Assembly: GCA_964016885.1 (NCBI GenBank)
Contig: OZ024759.1
Location: 13,454,001-13,518,000 of the forward strand
DNA: 64,000 nt
Direction of reading: 5' to 3'
From: Eledone cirrhosa
Taxonomy: Eukaryota
Numbering within the stretch: the stretch's first letter is position 1; each line of letters opens with the position of its first letter. The notes under the pieces were generated by a model. That model was not told where the DNA came from. It saw nothing but the letters and a program-made list of their open reading frames with translations, and made no database searches. Position numbers and translations under genes: made by a program. Below, piece after piece: positions 51,330-64,000 of this stretch.

Positions 51330-52188
51330 GCCGCTAAAGGGTTCTCCCTAAAAATGAAAGGCAGGTTGTACGATGCCTGCATACGAACAGCAATGTTACA
51401 TGGCAGTGAGACATGGGCATTGTGTGCAGAGGATAAACACAGACAGACTGGAGAGAAACGAAGCTTGCATGCTCCGCTGGATGTGTAATAGTAATATACG
51501 TGAACGGCAAAGCATAAACGAACTAAGGGAGAAATTAGAAATAAGAGGGATCAGATGTTGTTTACTCGAGAGAAGACTACGTTGGTACGTCACGTGATGC
51601 GCATGAAAGACGACAGCTGTATAAAAAAGTGCAGGGCAATAAAGATAGACGGTAGCCACGGAGTAGGCAGACCTAGAAAAACCTGGGACGAGCTGATAAA
51701 TTCTGACCTCACACACTTACACCTCTCCAAGACAATGTCACTGGACCGAGAGCTTTGGCGCTACACAGTAATAGAGAAGACCCGCCTTACCTAAGTACAA
51801 AGTGAAACCTACTACAGTCAGTAGGCACCTCTAACAAAATACACCGCCCTCCCACTACCCCCACCCCATCCACACCACCCCTTTCAATGTAAAGTTATGT
51901 TGGTGCCACAACATCCAGGCCGAAACAAATGAGATCGTGTAGGTGTCACGACAAAAAAACACACAGTCCACGCTGTAATGTGGCTGTGTAGGTAACACGG
52001 TAAAAACCTCCCAGTCCCACACTGTAAACGTGGTTGGTGTTAGGAAGGGCATCCAGCTGTAGTAAACCCGCCAGACAGTCCTATGCGAGCAAGACAACCA
52101 CTCTTGCTTCAAGTGGGAAAACTCCCATCCAAACCCATGCAAGCGTGGAACACGGACGTTAAACGATGATGATGGTGATGATGATGAT
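51328..52188 (+). mobile_element. RTE LINE 3' fragment with long SINE-like 3' UTR
   Basis: Closely similar (reverse complement) to 59926-60770. Confidence 0.9.
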
Positions 52189-52329
52189 ATATACACACAA
52201 TATATTTTCCTGTTTTAACAAAACAACAAGAATAGTAACAATAACAACACCAATAATGTCAATACAACAACAACAACAAGAGCAATACTCACTAATATAT
52301 GTCCTCCAATGGTTCCACTGGAAAGATTG

Positions 52330-52372
<43 letters not shown>

Positions 52373-52606
52373 TATATAGAAGACTGCGTTGGTATGGTCA
52401 TGTGATGTCATGTGAAATCCTGGTGGAAGGAAGATCAGTAGAGGAAGACCACAAAAATCACAAACAGAGGTGGTAAGAGGTGACCTCAGATTGCTGAAGC
52501 TCACAGAGGAGATGACGAGGGACCGTGACAAATGGAAAGATGCTGTGCTGAAGAGGACCCGTCCCACCATTGCAAGTAGTGGAAAGTGGATGTAAAATGA
52601 TGATGA

Positions 52607-52645
<39 letters not shown>

Positions 52646-52789
52646 TATATATATATGGAGATAACACAGGACGGAGGTCTCTGGCGTTATGCAGTAATCC
52701 AGAAGATCTGACTTCCCACCGACACAGGCCGAAGATAAAGCACATGTATAATATGCACCACACCACCTACTCCCATACATACATCCAGT

Positions 52790-53776
52790 GAAGCACCCAG
52801 TCCACACTGTAAAGTGGTCATGTAGGTGTCATGGCAAAAAGCAGCCAGCCCATACTGTAAAGTGGTCATGTAGGTGTCATGGCAAAAAGCACCCAGCCCA
52901 TACTGTAAAGTGGTCATGTAGGTGTCATGGCAAAAAGCAGCCAGCCCACACTGTAAAGTGGTCATGTAGGTGTCATGGCAAAAAGCAGCCAGCCCACACT
53001 GTAAAGTGGTCATATAGGTGTCAGTGCAAAAAGCAGCCAGCCCATACTGTAAAGTGGTCATGTAGGTGTCATGGCAAAAAGCAGCCAGCCCACACTGTAA
53101 AGTGGTCATATAGGTGTCAGTGGAAAAAGCACCCAGTCCACACTGTAAAGTGGTCATGTAGGTGTCATGGCAAAAAGCAGCCAGCCCACACTGTAAAGTG
53201 GTCATATAGGTGTCAGTGCAAAAAGCACCCAGTCCACACTGTAAAGTGGTCATGTAGGTGTCATGGCAAAAAGCAGCCAGCCCACACTGTAAAGTGGTCA
53301 TATAGGTGTCAGTGCAAAAAGCACCCAGTCCACACTGTAAAGTGGTCATGTAGGTGTCATGGTAAAAAGCAGCCAGCCCACACTGTAAAGTGGTCATATA
53401 GGTGTCATGGCAAAAAGCACCCAGTCCACACTGTAAAGTGGTCATGTAGGTGTCATGGCAAAAAGCAGCCAGCCCACACTGTAAAGTGGTCATGTAGGTG
53501 TCATGGCAAAAAGCGTCCAGTCCTCACTGTAAAGTGGTCATGTAGGTGTCATGGCAAAAAGCGTCCAGTCCTCACTGTAAAGTGGTCATGTAGGTGTCAT
53601 GGCAAAAAGCAGCCAGCCCACACTGTAAAGTGGTCATGTAGGTGACATGGCAAAAAGCGTCCAGTCCTCACTGTAAAGTGGTCATGTAGGTGTCATGGCA
53701 AAAAGCGTCCAGTCCACCCTGTAAAGTGGTCGTGTAGGTGTCATGGCAAAAAGCGTCCAGTACACCCTGTAAAGTG
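52790..53776. repeat. 48-bp minisatellite, ~20 copies
   Basis: Unit AAAAGCACCCAGTCCACACTGTAAAGTGGTCATGTAGGTGTCATGGCA. Confidence 0.95.
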
Positions 53777-54041
53777 GGATATGTATCAGTAATATAGTGT
53801 GGTATATATACTAGTACAAATAATATAAATAATCAAGTTACTTTATTGAGAAAAATAGGTTTATTTGGTGTGTATTTTTGTTTTATTTAAAGTAAAAAAC
53901 ACTCCTTGTGCATATAAAAACACTGGATATAATATATATGTATATATGTATGATTTACATATAAAAACACTACATATAATATATATATATATATGTATGA
54001 TTTACATATAAACACACTACATATAATGTATATATATATAT

Positions 54042-54205
54042 ATTAATGTCGAATTGGATAAAACAGCAATGTTCCTTGTTGCATATGCCATTGAACCAAT
54101 CAATCACAGCGAAAGAATTGTTCCACAGTGCAAGAGGGGCCAGGCTCATAATTTCAGGTATAATTCTATCTAAAATCTTTTTACTAAGTCTACCTAAATC
54201 AGACA
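54042..54205 (-). pseudogene. Penelope-like element reverse transcriptase fragment
   Basis: SDLGRLSKKILDRIIPEI...LWNNSFAVIDWFNGICNKEHCCFIQFDI fits the PLE pattern SxLGxISKxILD...WxN..VIxWF..I..K...FIxFDI; bounded by TA repeats. Confidence 0.7.
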
Positions 54206-54237
54206 TATATGTATAACTACATAGCCATCTTATTCTC

Positions 54238-54278
<41 letters not shown>

Positions 54279-54524
54279 GATTTACATATAAACACACTAC
54301 ATATTATATATATATAATATATAATTGTTTCTACTTTAGGCACAAGGCCAGCAATTACCCAGTGCATTACTGGTACTTTATTTTATCGACCCCGTAAGGA
54401 TGAAAGGCAAAGTCAACCTCGGCGGGATTTGAACTCAGATCGTAAAGGGATGTAACTATGCTGGAAAGCATGGCGTCCGACCCTCTACCGATACTGCTAA
54501 TCTGCCGCCTTATATATATATACA

Positions 54525-56280
54525 TAATATAATTTAAATATAAACACAATATATATAATATAATTTAAATATAAACACAATATATATAATATAATTTACA
54601 TGTAATCACAATATATAATAAATATAGTTTACATATAAACACAATATATATAAATATATTTTACATATAAACACAATATATATAATAAATATGATTTACA
54701 TATGAACACAATATATATAATAAATATATTTTACATATAAACACAATATATATAATAAATATATTTTACATATAAACACAATATATATAATAAATATATT
54801 TTACATATAAACACAATATATATAATAAATATATTTTACATATAAACACAATATATATAATAAATATATTTTACATATAAACACAATATATATAATAAAT
54901 ATATTTTACATATAAACACAATATATATAATAAATATATTTTACATATAAACACAATATATATAATAAGTATATTTTACCTATAAACACAATATATATAA
55001 TAAGTATATTTTACATATAAACACAATATATATAATAAATATATTTTACATATAAACACAATATATATAATAAATATATTTTACATATAAACACAATATA
55101 TATAATAAGTATATTTTACATATAAACACAATATATATAATAAGTATATTTTACATATAAACACAATATATATAATAAATATATTTTACATATAAACACA
55201 ATATATATAATATATTTTACATATAAACACAATATATATAATAAATATATTTTACATATAAACACAATATATATAATAGTATATTTTACCTATAAACACA
55301 ATATATATAATAAGTATATTTTACATATAAACACAATATATATAATAAATATATTTTACATATAAACACAATATATATAATAAATATATTTTACATATAA
55401 ACACAATATATATAATAAGTATATTTTACATATAAACACAATATATATAATAAATATATTTTACATATAAACACAATATATATAATAAATATATTTTACA
55501 TATAAACACAATATATATAATAAATATATTTTACATATAAACACAATATATATAATAAGTATATTTTACATATAAACACATTATCGTTTTACGTCCGATT
55601 TTCCCTGCTTGCAAGGGTGGGACGGGTCCTATTCAGCACAGCATCTATCTCTCCATTCATCACAGTCCTTCGTCATCTCCTCTGTGAGCTTCAGTGATCT
55701 GAGGTCTGCTCTCACCACCTCCGCTCATGTGTTTTGTGGTCTTCCTCTACTGTGTCTTCCTTCTACTGGGATTTCTTGGCACTTCTTTACCCAGCGGTCA
55801 TCCGCCATGCTCATCACATGTCCATACCATTGCAGTCTTCTCTCCTGGACACTACAACTTATCCCTCCTATATGAAGTTTCTCTCTCAACTCATCTATGC
55901 TGGGTCGTTCACGCACATTGACATTGCACATCCAACGGAGCGTGCTTGCTTCATTTCTCTCCAGCCGTCGCATGTCCTCTGCAGTTGGTGCCCATGTCTC
56001 ACTACCATGCAGCATCGCGCTCCTCACACAGGCACATATAACCGGCCTTTTGTACGCAGGGAGAAACCCCTCTTTGTCAACAGAGGAAACAAAATATATA
56101 ATAAATATATTTTACATATAAACTCAATATATAATAAATATGATTGACATATATAAACACAATATATAATAAATATATTTTACATATAAACACAATATAT
56201 ATAATAAATATAATTTAAATATAAACACAATATATAATAGTATAATTTACTGTGTAAATAAACACAGTATATATAATAAA
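54525..56280. repeat. 35-bp AT-rich minisatellite interrupted by an RTE fragment
   Basis: Unit TAAATATATTTTACATATAAACACAATATATATAA, ~30 copies before 55580. Confidence 0.95.
55581..56088 (-). mobile_element. RTE LINE 3' fragment
   Basis: AMLHGSETW...RRLQWYGHVMSM; same family as 19680-20490. Confidence 0.9.
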
Positions 56281-56329
56281 GGCTTAATTACAGAATACAG
56301 CAGGGAATGTTGAGGTAAGCCAAGACACA

Positions 56330-57085
56330 ACACCTCCTGATATGTCCCCTGCTGGAAACACCCCTGCACAGTATTGGACTGGGCAGACTTTAATTAGAAA
56401 GGACAGTAATGTGTTCAGCTGTGGCAGAATCACATCTAGCCAAGCTTTATAACGACAAAAAGAAGAAGTGTACATTGGATAATATAGTCCTAGATACACT
56501 ATGTCTGATAGCCACTAATACTAACTACTGTATGTGTAAAAGTCACTCTTGCAAAATGGGAATATTTAAAGGATGGGGTCATTGTGTGTGACTGAGGGCA
56601 TCGAACCACAGACTACGCAGCACCCCCTGATATGCCCCCTGCTGAGAACACCCCTGCACAGCGTTAGACTTGGCAGAGTTTAATGAGAAAGGACAGCAAT
56701 TTGTTCAGCTGTGGCGGAACCACATCTAGCCAAGCTTTGTAACTGACACTCTTGTGGACATGACAAGAAGAAGAAGTGTACATTGGATAATATAGTCCAA
56801 GATACACTACATCTGATAGCCACTAATTCTAACTACTGTACTGTACATGTAAAAGTTACTCTTGCAAAATGGGGATATTTAAAGGATGAGGACATTGTGT
56901 GTGACTGCAGCATCAAACCACAGACTACACAGCATCTCCTGATATGCCCCCTGTTGGAACATCTCTGCAGAGCATTAGACTTGGCAGAGTGTAATGAGAA
57001 AGGACAGCAATGTGTTCAGCTGTGGCGGAACTACATCTAGCCAAGCTTTGGAACTGACACTCTTGTGGATGTGATAAGAAGAACC
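56330..57085 (+). mobile_element. Three head-to-tail 3' ends of an RTEX/Ingi-like LINE
   Basis: KWGYL...CDC...QTTQHLLICP...DL zinc knuckle; each copy ends in (GAA)n, at ~56468, ~56776 and ~57083. Confidence 0.8.
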
Positions 57086-57087
57086 TC

Positions 57088-57402
57088 TGGTGATAGGGGT
57101 CACGTAATTACACACTACAACAGAGTGTTGAGGTAAACCAAGACACAACATTACCTCGGGTGACAGGGGTCACTCAATTACACACTACAACAGAGAGTGT
57201 TGAGGTAAACCAAGACACAGCATTACCTCAGGTGACAGGGGTCACTCAATTACACACTACAACAGAGTGTTGAGGTAAACCAAGACACAACATTACCTCA
57301 GGTGACAGGGGTCACTCAATTACACACTACAACAGAGAGTGTTGAGTTAAATCAAGACACAGCATTACCTCAGGTGACAGGGTGGTCCCTTAATTACACA
57401 CT
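57088..57402. repeat. ~70-bp tandem repeat, ~4.5 copies
   Basis: GGTGACAGGGGTCACTCAATTACACACTACAACAGAGTGTTGAGGTAAACCAAGACACAACATTACCTC units. Confidence 0.9.
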
Positions 57403-58237
57403 GCAAGAAGGAATATTAGTGTTTCCCTCAAAATATATTTGAGGTACAATTACAATGGTGTGACACACCTGTTTAGTATACCTGTATGAAATGAGGGTAA
57501 CACCCATGGTATTCACCAGGTGTAATTCCTACCAACGAGGGACTCCATACAAACAGTCTACCTGACAGTTCAGTTCACTTATTATTTATAGACTTTTCGT
57601 CTAGTCCACTTTTAGTTGTGCAGGGGTGTTCAGGGTTTTTTTCCTACAACAGGTATGCCAAGACACAGCATTACCTCAGGTGGTGGGAAGGGTCTCATTT
57701 ACACACACCTGTGGTCTTGCCATAGTGTTGGTGGTGGTGGTGGTGTAGTGTTGATGGTGGTGGTAGTGGTGGTGTAGTGTTGATGGTGGTGGTGGTGTAG
57801 TGTTGATGGTGGGGGTTGTGTAGTGTTGATGGTGGGGGTTGTGGTGGTGTAGTGTTGATGGTTGTGGTGGTGTAGTGTTGATGGTGGTGGTGGTGTAGTG
57901 TTGATGGAGGTGGTGTAGTGTTGATGGTGGTGGTTGTAGTGGTGTAGTGGTGGTGGTGGTGTAGTGTTGATGATGGTGTAGTGGTGGTGGTGGTGTAGTG
58001 TTGATGGTGTTGGTTGTAGTGGTGTAGAGTTGATGGTGATGATGGTGTGGTATTGGTGGTATGGTATTGATGGTGGTGTAGTGTTGATGGTGGTGGTGTT
58101 GGTGGTGTTGATGGTATTGTGATGAATGATAATCTATAGTGATGAGGGTGGTGAAGGTAAAGGTGTATGGTGAGGCTGATGGTGTTGTGGTGATGTTGTG
58201 GTGTTCATGCTGTAGTGTCAGTAACTAAAGAACGGAA

Positions 58238-59285
58238 TCACTCCTCATCTCCCGTGTGTCTCTCAAATCCAAAGTTGGTAAAACTGAACTTATGAGGAAC
58301 TGGGTGCATGCTACCTAGGTAACGGTCATATCCTCCTCCCCTCCCATCTCCTCCCATATCACCTAGGTAACGATCATACTCTCCCCCTCCTCCGCTACCC
58401 CCTCCTCTTCCCATCACTCCCTCCTCCCCTTCCACATCTCTCTCTCCAACAAATGATCCAGACGAACCAGTGTAGGATCGAAGATGTTCAATATTGGATC
58501 CAGCTTGGTCGATATGTGATCTGGATTGATCGATAGGTGATCTGGGATGATCGCTAGGTGATCTGGGATGATCGATATGTGATCTGGGAGGCTCAACATA
58601 CCATCCATTGTGATTGGTATTTAATTCAAGTTTACCAATATATGATCCATGTTGATTGAAATATGATCTTGTTGGATCAATATCTGATCCAGCCTCATCA
58701 AAATAGGATTCAGACTGATCAGTATTTGTTCCCATTTGTTCAACAGGTGATCGGGGTTGATCAAAATGGGATCTATTTGGATCAATAGCTGATCTCCTCT
58801 GATCAGTAGGGGATTCTAGTTGATCAGTATTTGAACCAGGTGGATGATCCATGTATAATCCACGCCTGTTGCTGTGGTGGTCACTATACCCATTATGCTT
58901 TCTCTTCATAATCAACAATGCTCTGCTTCGCTTTCTGAAACGATCCTTTGGCCTTCTGGCACCATTGTTACCAATCTGACCAAAGTTACTCTCAGATGAA
59001 GATGGCACCAAGGAATTCTCAGTATCTACTGCCATTCCAGAAATACTTCCAGTAATTTCAACTGCAGTAGTAGTAGTGGTGGTGGTGGGGTTATGTCTTT
59101 GTGTCGTAGGCTGGTCGTTTTGTAGTGGGGACTGGAACTGTCTCTCTCCAGTGGAGGTCTCCTCCTCACTGGAATTAGCTGTCCATTGAAGGATTTCATT
59201 CTCAACTTGTCGGATTTCTCTGTTAAGTTGAAATTTCTTCAGCTTTGCTAGTTTGATCTCCTCTAAGTGTGTTTCATACTTGAGC
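58238..59285 (-). CDS. Terminal exon of an unidentified protein: short coiled coil, basic NLS-like patch, heptad repeats
   Basis: TTTCAG acceptor in phase 2. The frame stays open from LKYETHLEEIKLAKLKKFQLNREIRQVENEILQW into ORF 58238-59035. Confidence 0.75.
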
Positions 59286-59925
59286 CTGAAATGGCAGATA
59301 AAGAAGAATGTGTATATATATATATATATTAATAAATATAAATAAATATAAATATATATAAATATAAAGCATTTTTTTTGTGGAGTGAGAGACCCCTAGT
59401 CTTCATTAAGAGATCTCTCTAGGAGAAGGTCACTCTGATATAAAACCTGCGACTTCATTTACATCCAATGATGTAGACCAGTTCTCCCTTTTTGGGTAAA
59501 TACATTTAATGATCAGAGAATGGGATTAGTTCCGTGAAAAGCCTTTCCTCACTTAAAAAAGCTTCAATCACAGGCATCGCTTGACATGTGACATTTTTTG
59601 TGATGCATGGCAATGCTGACCATAGGCAAATCACTAGTAGGACTAAAAAACTACATCCATGATGCTCTTGCTTAAGTATCAAGCGCTGGCATTACTTGAA
59701 ATTGAGTTGCAGCCATCATGTATATTTTTCGTTGTTGTAGCATTAATGTGGCAACATGCCTCTGATTGCATTTTTCCTTGTGTCGCTATTACCTAACTTA
59801 TTGTGTTCACTCTGAGGAGTAATTTATTGATTACTTTATCACAGAGTGCTTCATGGCAGTCTTCGAAATTCAATCGGATGTGAATCTGCTACTTACAGCT
59901 GCAACTTCGTTTATACTCATTATTA

Positions 59926-62130
59926 TATCATCATCATCATCGTTTAACGTCCATCATCCATGCTTGCATTGGTTTGGACGGGAATTTTCCCACTTGAGGC
60001 AAGATTGGTTGTCTTGCTCGTATAGGACTGTCTGGCGGGTTTTCTACGGCTGGATGCCCTTCCTAACACCAACCACGTTTACAGTGTGGACTGGGAGGTT
60101 TTTACCGTGTTACCTACATGGCCACATTACAGCGTGGACTGTGTTTTTTTTTGTCGTGATACCTACACGACCTCATTTATTTAGGACTGGATGTTGTGGT
60201 ACCAACATAACTTTAGATCGAAAGGGGTGGTGTGGATGTGGTGGGGGTATTGGGACGGGGGTGTATTTTGGTAAGAGGTGCCTACTGACTGTAGGTTTTG
60301 CTTTGCACTTAGGCAAGGCGGGTCTTCTGTATTACTGTGTAGCGTCAAAGATCTCGGTCCAGTGACATTATCTTGGAGAGGTGTAAGTGTGTGAGGTCGG
60401 AATTTATCAAGTCATCCTAGGTTTTTCTGGGTCTGTCTACTCCGTGGCTACCGTCTATTTTGATCGCCCTGCACCTTTTTATACAGCTGTCGTCTTTCAT
60501 GCACATCACGTGACCATACCAACGTAGTCTTCTCTCGAGTAAACAACATCTGATCCCTCTTATTCCTAATTTCTCACTTACTTCATTTATGCTTTGCCAT
60601 TCACGTATATTACTATTACACATCCAGCAGAGCATGCAAGCTTCGTTCCTCTCCAGTCTGCGTATATCCTCTGCACACAATGCCCAGGTCTCACTGCCAT
60701 GCAACATTGCTGTTCGTATGCAGGCATCATACAGCCTGCCTTTCATTTTTAGAGAGAAACCTTTAGCGGCCAACAGTGGTATAAGCTCTCTGAACTTTTT
60801 CCATCCCGTTCTGACTATAGCTACTGTACTTTCAGAGCACCCTCCACCACTGCTGATTTTGTCACCCAGGTAACGGAAGGTGTCCACTATTTCTATAGAA
60901 CCATCTGTGCAATGGTATTCTGTGGGCACTTGCTGCTACTTATTACACCTGAGCACCGGCCACATATAAAATCTATATTCTTAGTTATCTTACCTGTGAT
61001 CCCACTACATCTTTTATACACCCATACTTTGCATTTGGGACATAAAATGGAGTTTCTGCCTACTCCTTTCCTACACACTGAGCATGGCCATTTCCCAGAT
61101 GGGACCAGTGCCCTATTTTCCTTCCTACATACTAGAACTTTAGTCTTAGACAGGTTAATTTTAAGGCCTTTTGATTCTAGGCCATGCTTCCATGTTTGGA
61201 ATTTCTTCTCTAGTTCAGCCATTGATTCAGCTATAAGCGTTAGATCATCAGCGTATAGGAGTTCCCATGGGCAGCCGGTCTTGGACTCCTCTGTTATAGC
61301 CTGGAGGGCAATAATAAATAGGAGGGGTCTAAGGACAGAGCCCTGATGAACACCAACTTTTACGCTAAACTCTTCCCTATATTCGTTGTTAATTCTAACC
61401 TTGCTGACTGTTTCTTTATACATGGCTTGTAGAACTCTCACAAGCCATTCATTAACACCTAGTTTTCTGAGAGCCCACCAGATAATGGGGCGTAGGACTC
61501 TCCTCTAGTTGTCGTACAATGAAAAGAGTATCTGTTGTACTTTTACCTGACACAAACCCGAACTGCATTTCATCCAGATCAATTCGCTCTCTGATTAGTT
61601 GCGCTATTACTTTTTCTGTGACCTTCATGACCTGGTCAATTAATTTAATGCCTCTATAGTTTCCCCTATCTAGGGCATCTCCTTTACCCTTGTAGCAGTT
61701 AATGATGATGCTGCTACGCCAGTCCTTCGGTACGACTCCATTCTGTATGACTTGGTTTACTATCCGGGTGACCATAGTGTGTCCTACCATTCCAGATGCT
61801 TTCAGCATTTCAGCAACTATTTCTGAAGGCCCAGCTGCCTTGCCCGTCTTCATATCTTTGATTGCCTTACTTATTATACTACCTTCAACTTGCACTGCTG
61901 GTCCCTCTATTGGATCGATGTGGGGAGACTGTCTTTCTCCCATTTATTCTCCTCATTTAGTAGCCTTTTGTAGTGACACTTCCAGGCTCCCTTCTTATCA
62001 GCGTCAGTGATGGCAAGTACACCATCATCATTAAGGACACACTTCTCCCCAACAATATCACGGTTTTCCTTGACACATTGCCTAGCAATCCTGAACACCT
62101 CACGTTTTTGGTCCTCGCGTTGTAGAACAT
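59926..62130 (-). mobile_element. RTE LINE, ~2.2 kb, frameshifted, with a Cys-rich finger inside the RT region
   Basis: GKAAGP...NYRGIKL...QFGF, GVHQGSVL, LLYADD, CSVC...CPKC...RC...CGRC, FRYLGD, RLRWYGHV. Confidence 0.92.
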
Positions 62131-62273
62131 GGGGGGCAACCCTTAGTTTTGGCGGATGAATTCAGTATGTGTATTATTATTGCAAAATTGCAAAATATCA
62201 CAAAACGAATTAAGTTCTCAACAGAATGGTTTTAAAATTAACAAAAGCTATTCATCAATATGTATATATACAT

Positions 62274-62304
<31 letters not shown>

Positions 62305-62379
62305 CACTCGATAAGGATTATATATATATATATAAAAACTGTAGAGCAAATATTTAATATATATATGTGTGTGTATATA

Positions 62380-62448
<69 letters not shown>

Positions 62449-63198
62449 GCAGTAATATATATACACACATGATATAGTAATATATATATATATTTATATA
62501 CATACAGTAATATATATATACATGAACTAATATATATACATGCAGCAATATATAAGTGGAGAGATGCTGTGCTGAATAGGACCCGTCCCACTCTTTCAAG
62601 GAGAGAAAAGCGGACGTAAAATGATGATGAGATACATGCAGCAATATATATATACATATATATATATAAAAATATGAGAAGAAAGAAGAATACTGCGTGG
62701 TTTGCACATGGGTTACATATGATAAAAATAGTCCTTCATCAGTGATTTGCCAACCATCATTGGTATTTCATCGCATTAAAGATCAGATACCTCAGGTTGG
62801 TGCGAGCAATAATCTAAAAAAAGTTATTCGGACCAGTAATCGCGTAAAGCGAGGGGGACAAGTGAACAACATAGAAGGATAAAAACAAACCAAAGAAAGG
62901 AAATAAACAAGCAACATGGTAGTCCTGGTCAGCATAAGCTGGGTGGATTTCATGAGCGATTAGTACAGACGTCCGACGTGAGTGAGATGGAAGCAAGAAA
63001 AGGCCCACTGTTAGCCAAACGGGAGGAAGTGAGAAGGGGAGAAACAGAGAGTGAGTGAGTGGAAGTGCGAGGAAGCGGTCAGTTGAGAGAAAGTGTAACT
63101 GACAGAGGGGGCGAAAGAAGGTGAGAGAATATATATATATATATATATACATGCAGCAATGTATATATATATACATGCAATAAAAGCATTTACTCTAC

Positions 63199-63567
63199 CT
63201 TTGTGCTTCCTTGTCAACATGATGCATTGAAGTATATTTACTGCTGAGTCCTTTTCCATAGTTGATCTTCTTGTTCAGAACACTGGGCAATGATGGTGAT
63301 TGCGGTGGTGGTGGTGATTGCAGCAGTGGTGGGGATTGTGGTGGTGGTGATTGCAGCAGTGGTGGGGATTGTGGTGGGGATGGTTTCTTCGTAGAAACTA
63401 TGCTAGGTCCATGTTTTGTGTGGGCTGCTGTTGGTGTCAGTGTTGTTGTTTTCGCCCTAGCTGTTGCAACAGATCTGACTGTAGGGGAAACTAGGGTTGA
63501 AGCTGAAGCTGATGAGGGAGACAACTTTGTAGGTGGTCTCCCTTTTGGTATCCACTTTGACTTTTGT
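63199..63567 (-). CDS. Internal Ser/Pro/Thr-rich exon of the same unidentified gene
   Basis: TTCCAG acceptor and AAG|GTAGAG donor in phase 2, matching the 59285 acceptor (HHVDKEAQ-R-LKYE). Confidence 0.7.
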
Positions 63568-63661
63568 CTGGAATCAACTATTGAAATATATGATACTGAG
63601 TATGAGGTAAAGATCTTTTATTTTGGCTCTTATAAATATAAACACACGCACATACACACAC

Positions 63662-63730
<69 letters not shown>

Positions 63731-64000
63731 ATGTACTTATAAGCCAAAATTAAAAGTTCAAGAAATCTAATCACTGACAATTGTTTCTTCCCACAGGAAT
63801 ATACCATATATATATATATATATAACAAGATGGTGTAGGACAGAACAAAGGAGAGACAAAATAAAAGCCCAGTCACTGACAAGGTCACAGAATGTGTGAC
63901 GAAAGAGCTTTGACAATATATAAACAATCTTCCAGTTATCGAACCAACCAACCAACCAGCAATTTATAATAAATTGAAGTGAAAATCAACAGGTGCATGT

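Overview
AT-rich, microsatellite- and retroelement-dense animal genomic DNA. The SINE/LINE repertoire and (TA)n/(CA)n load point to an octopod cephalopod (inference). Three spliced protein-coding genes are visible: the last three exons of a probable DENND1/connecdenn (+; 4395-4471, 12532-12688, 14031-15251), a complete two-exon AP5S1 (-; 46646-46218 and 43214-43047), and the last two exons of an unidentified low-complexity/coiled-coil protein (-; 63567-63199, 59285-58238). The rest is decayed RTE, RTEX/Ingi-like, CR1, Tx1, CRE, R4/Dong and Penelope fragments, tRNA-derived SINEs, TTAA-flanked piggyBac-type MITEs and tandem repeats; almost all other listed ORFs are repeat artefacts. Three things stand out. 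(1) About ten minimal type-I hammerhead ribozyme motifs of several sequence families, mostly in back-to-back inverted pairs inside (TA)n tracts; two distant copies show compensatory stem-II changes. (2) A ~6 kb (possibly ~10.5 kb) palindrome centred at 27072, whose CpG-rich core is four alternating 37-bp units able to fold into a T shape, with arm identity falling outward and inward-facing promoter/splice-donor-like modules. (3) Several minisatellites traceable to pieces of LINE 3' ends or a SINE module. All alignments and folds were done by eye; no searches were run.
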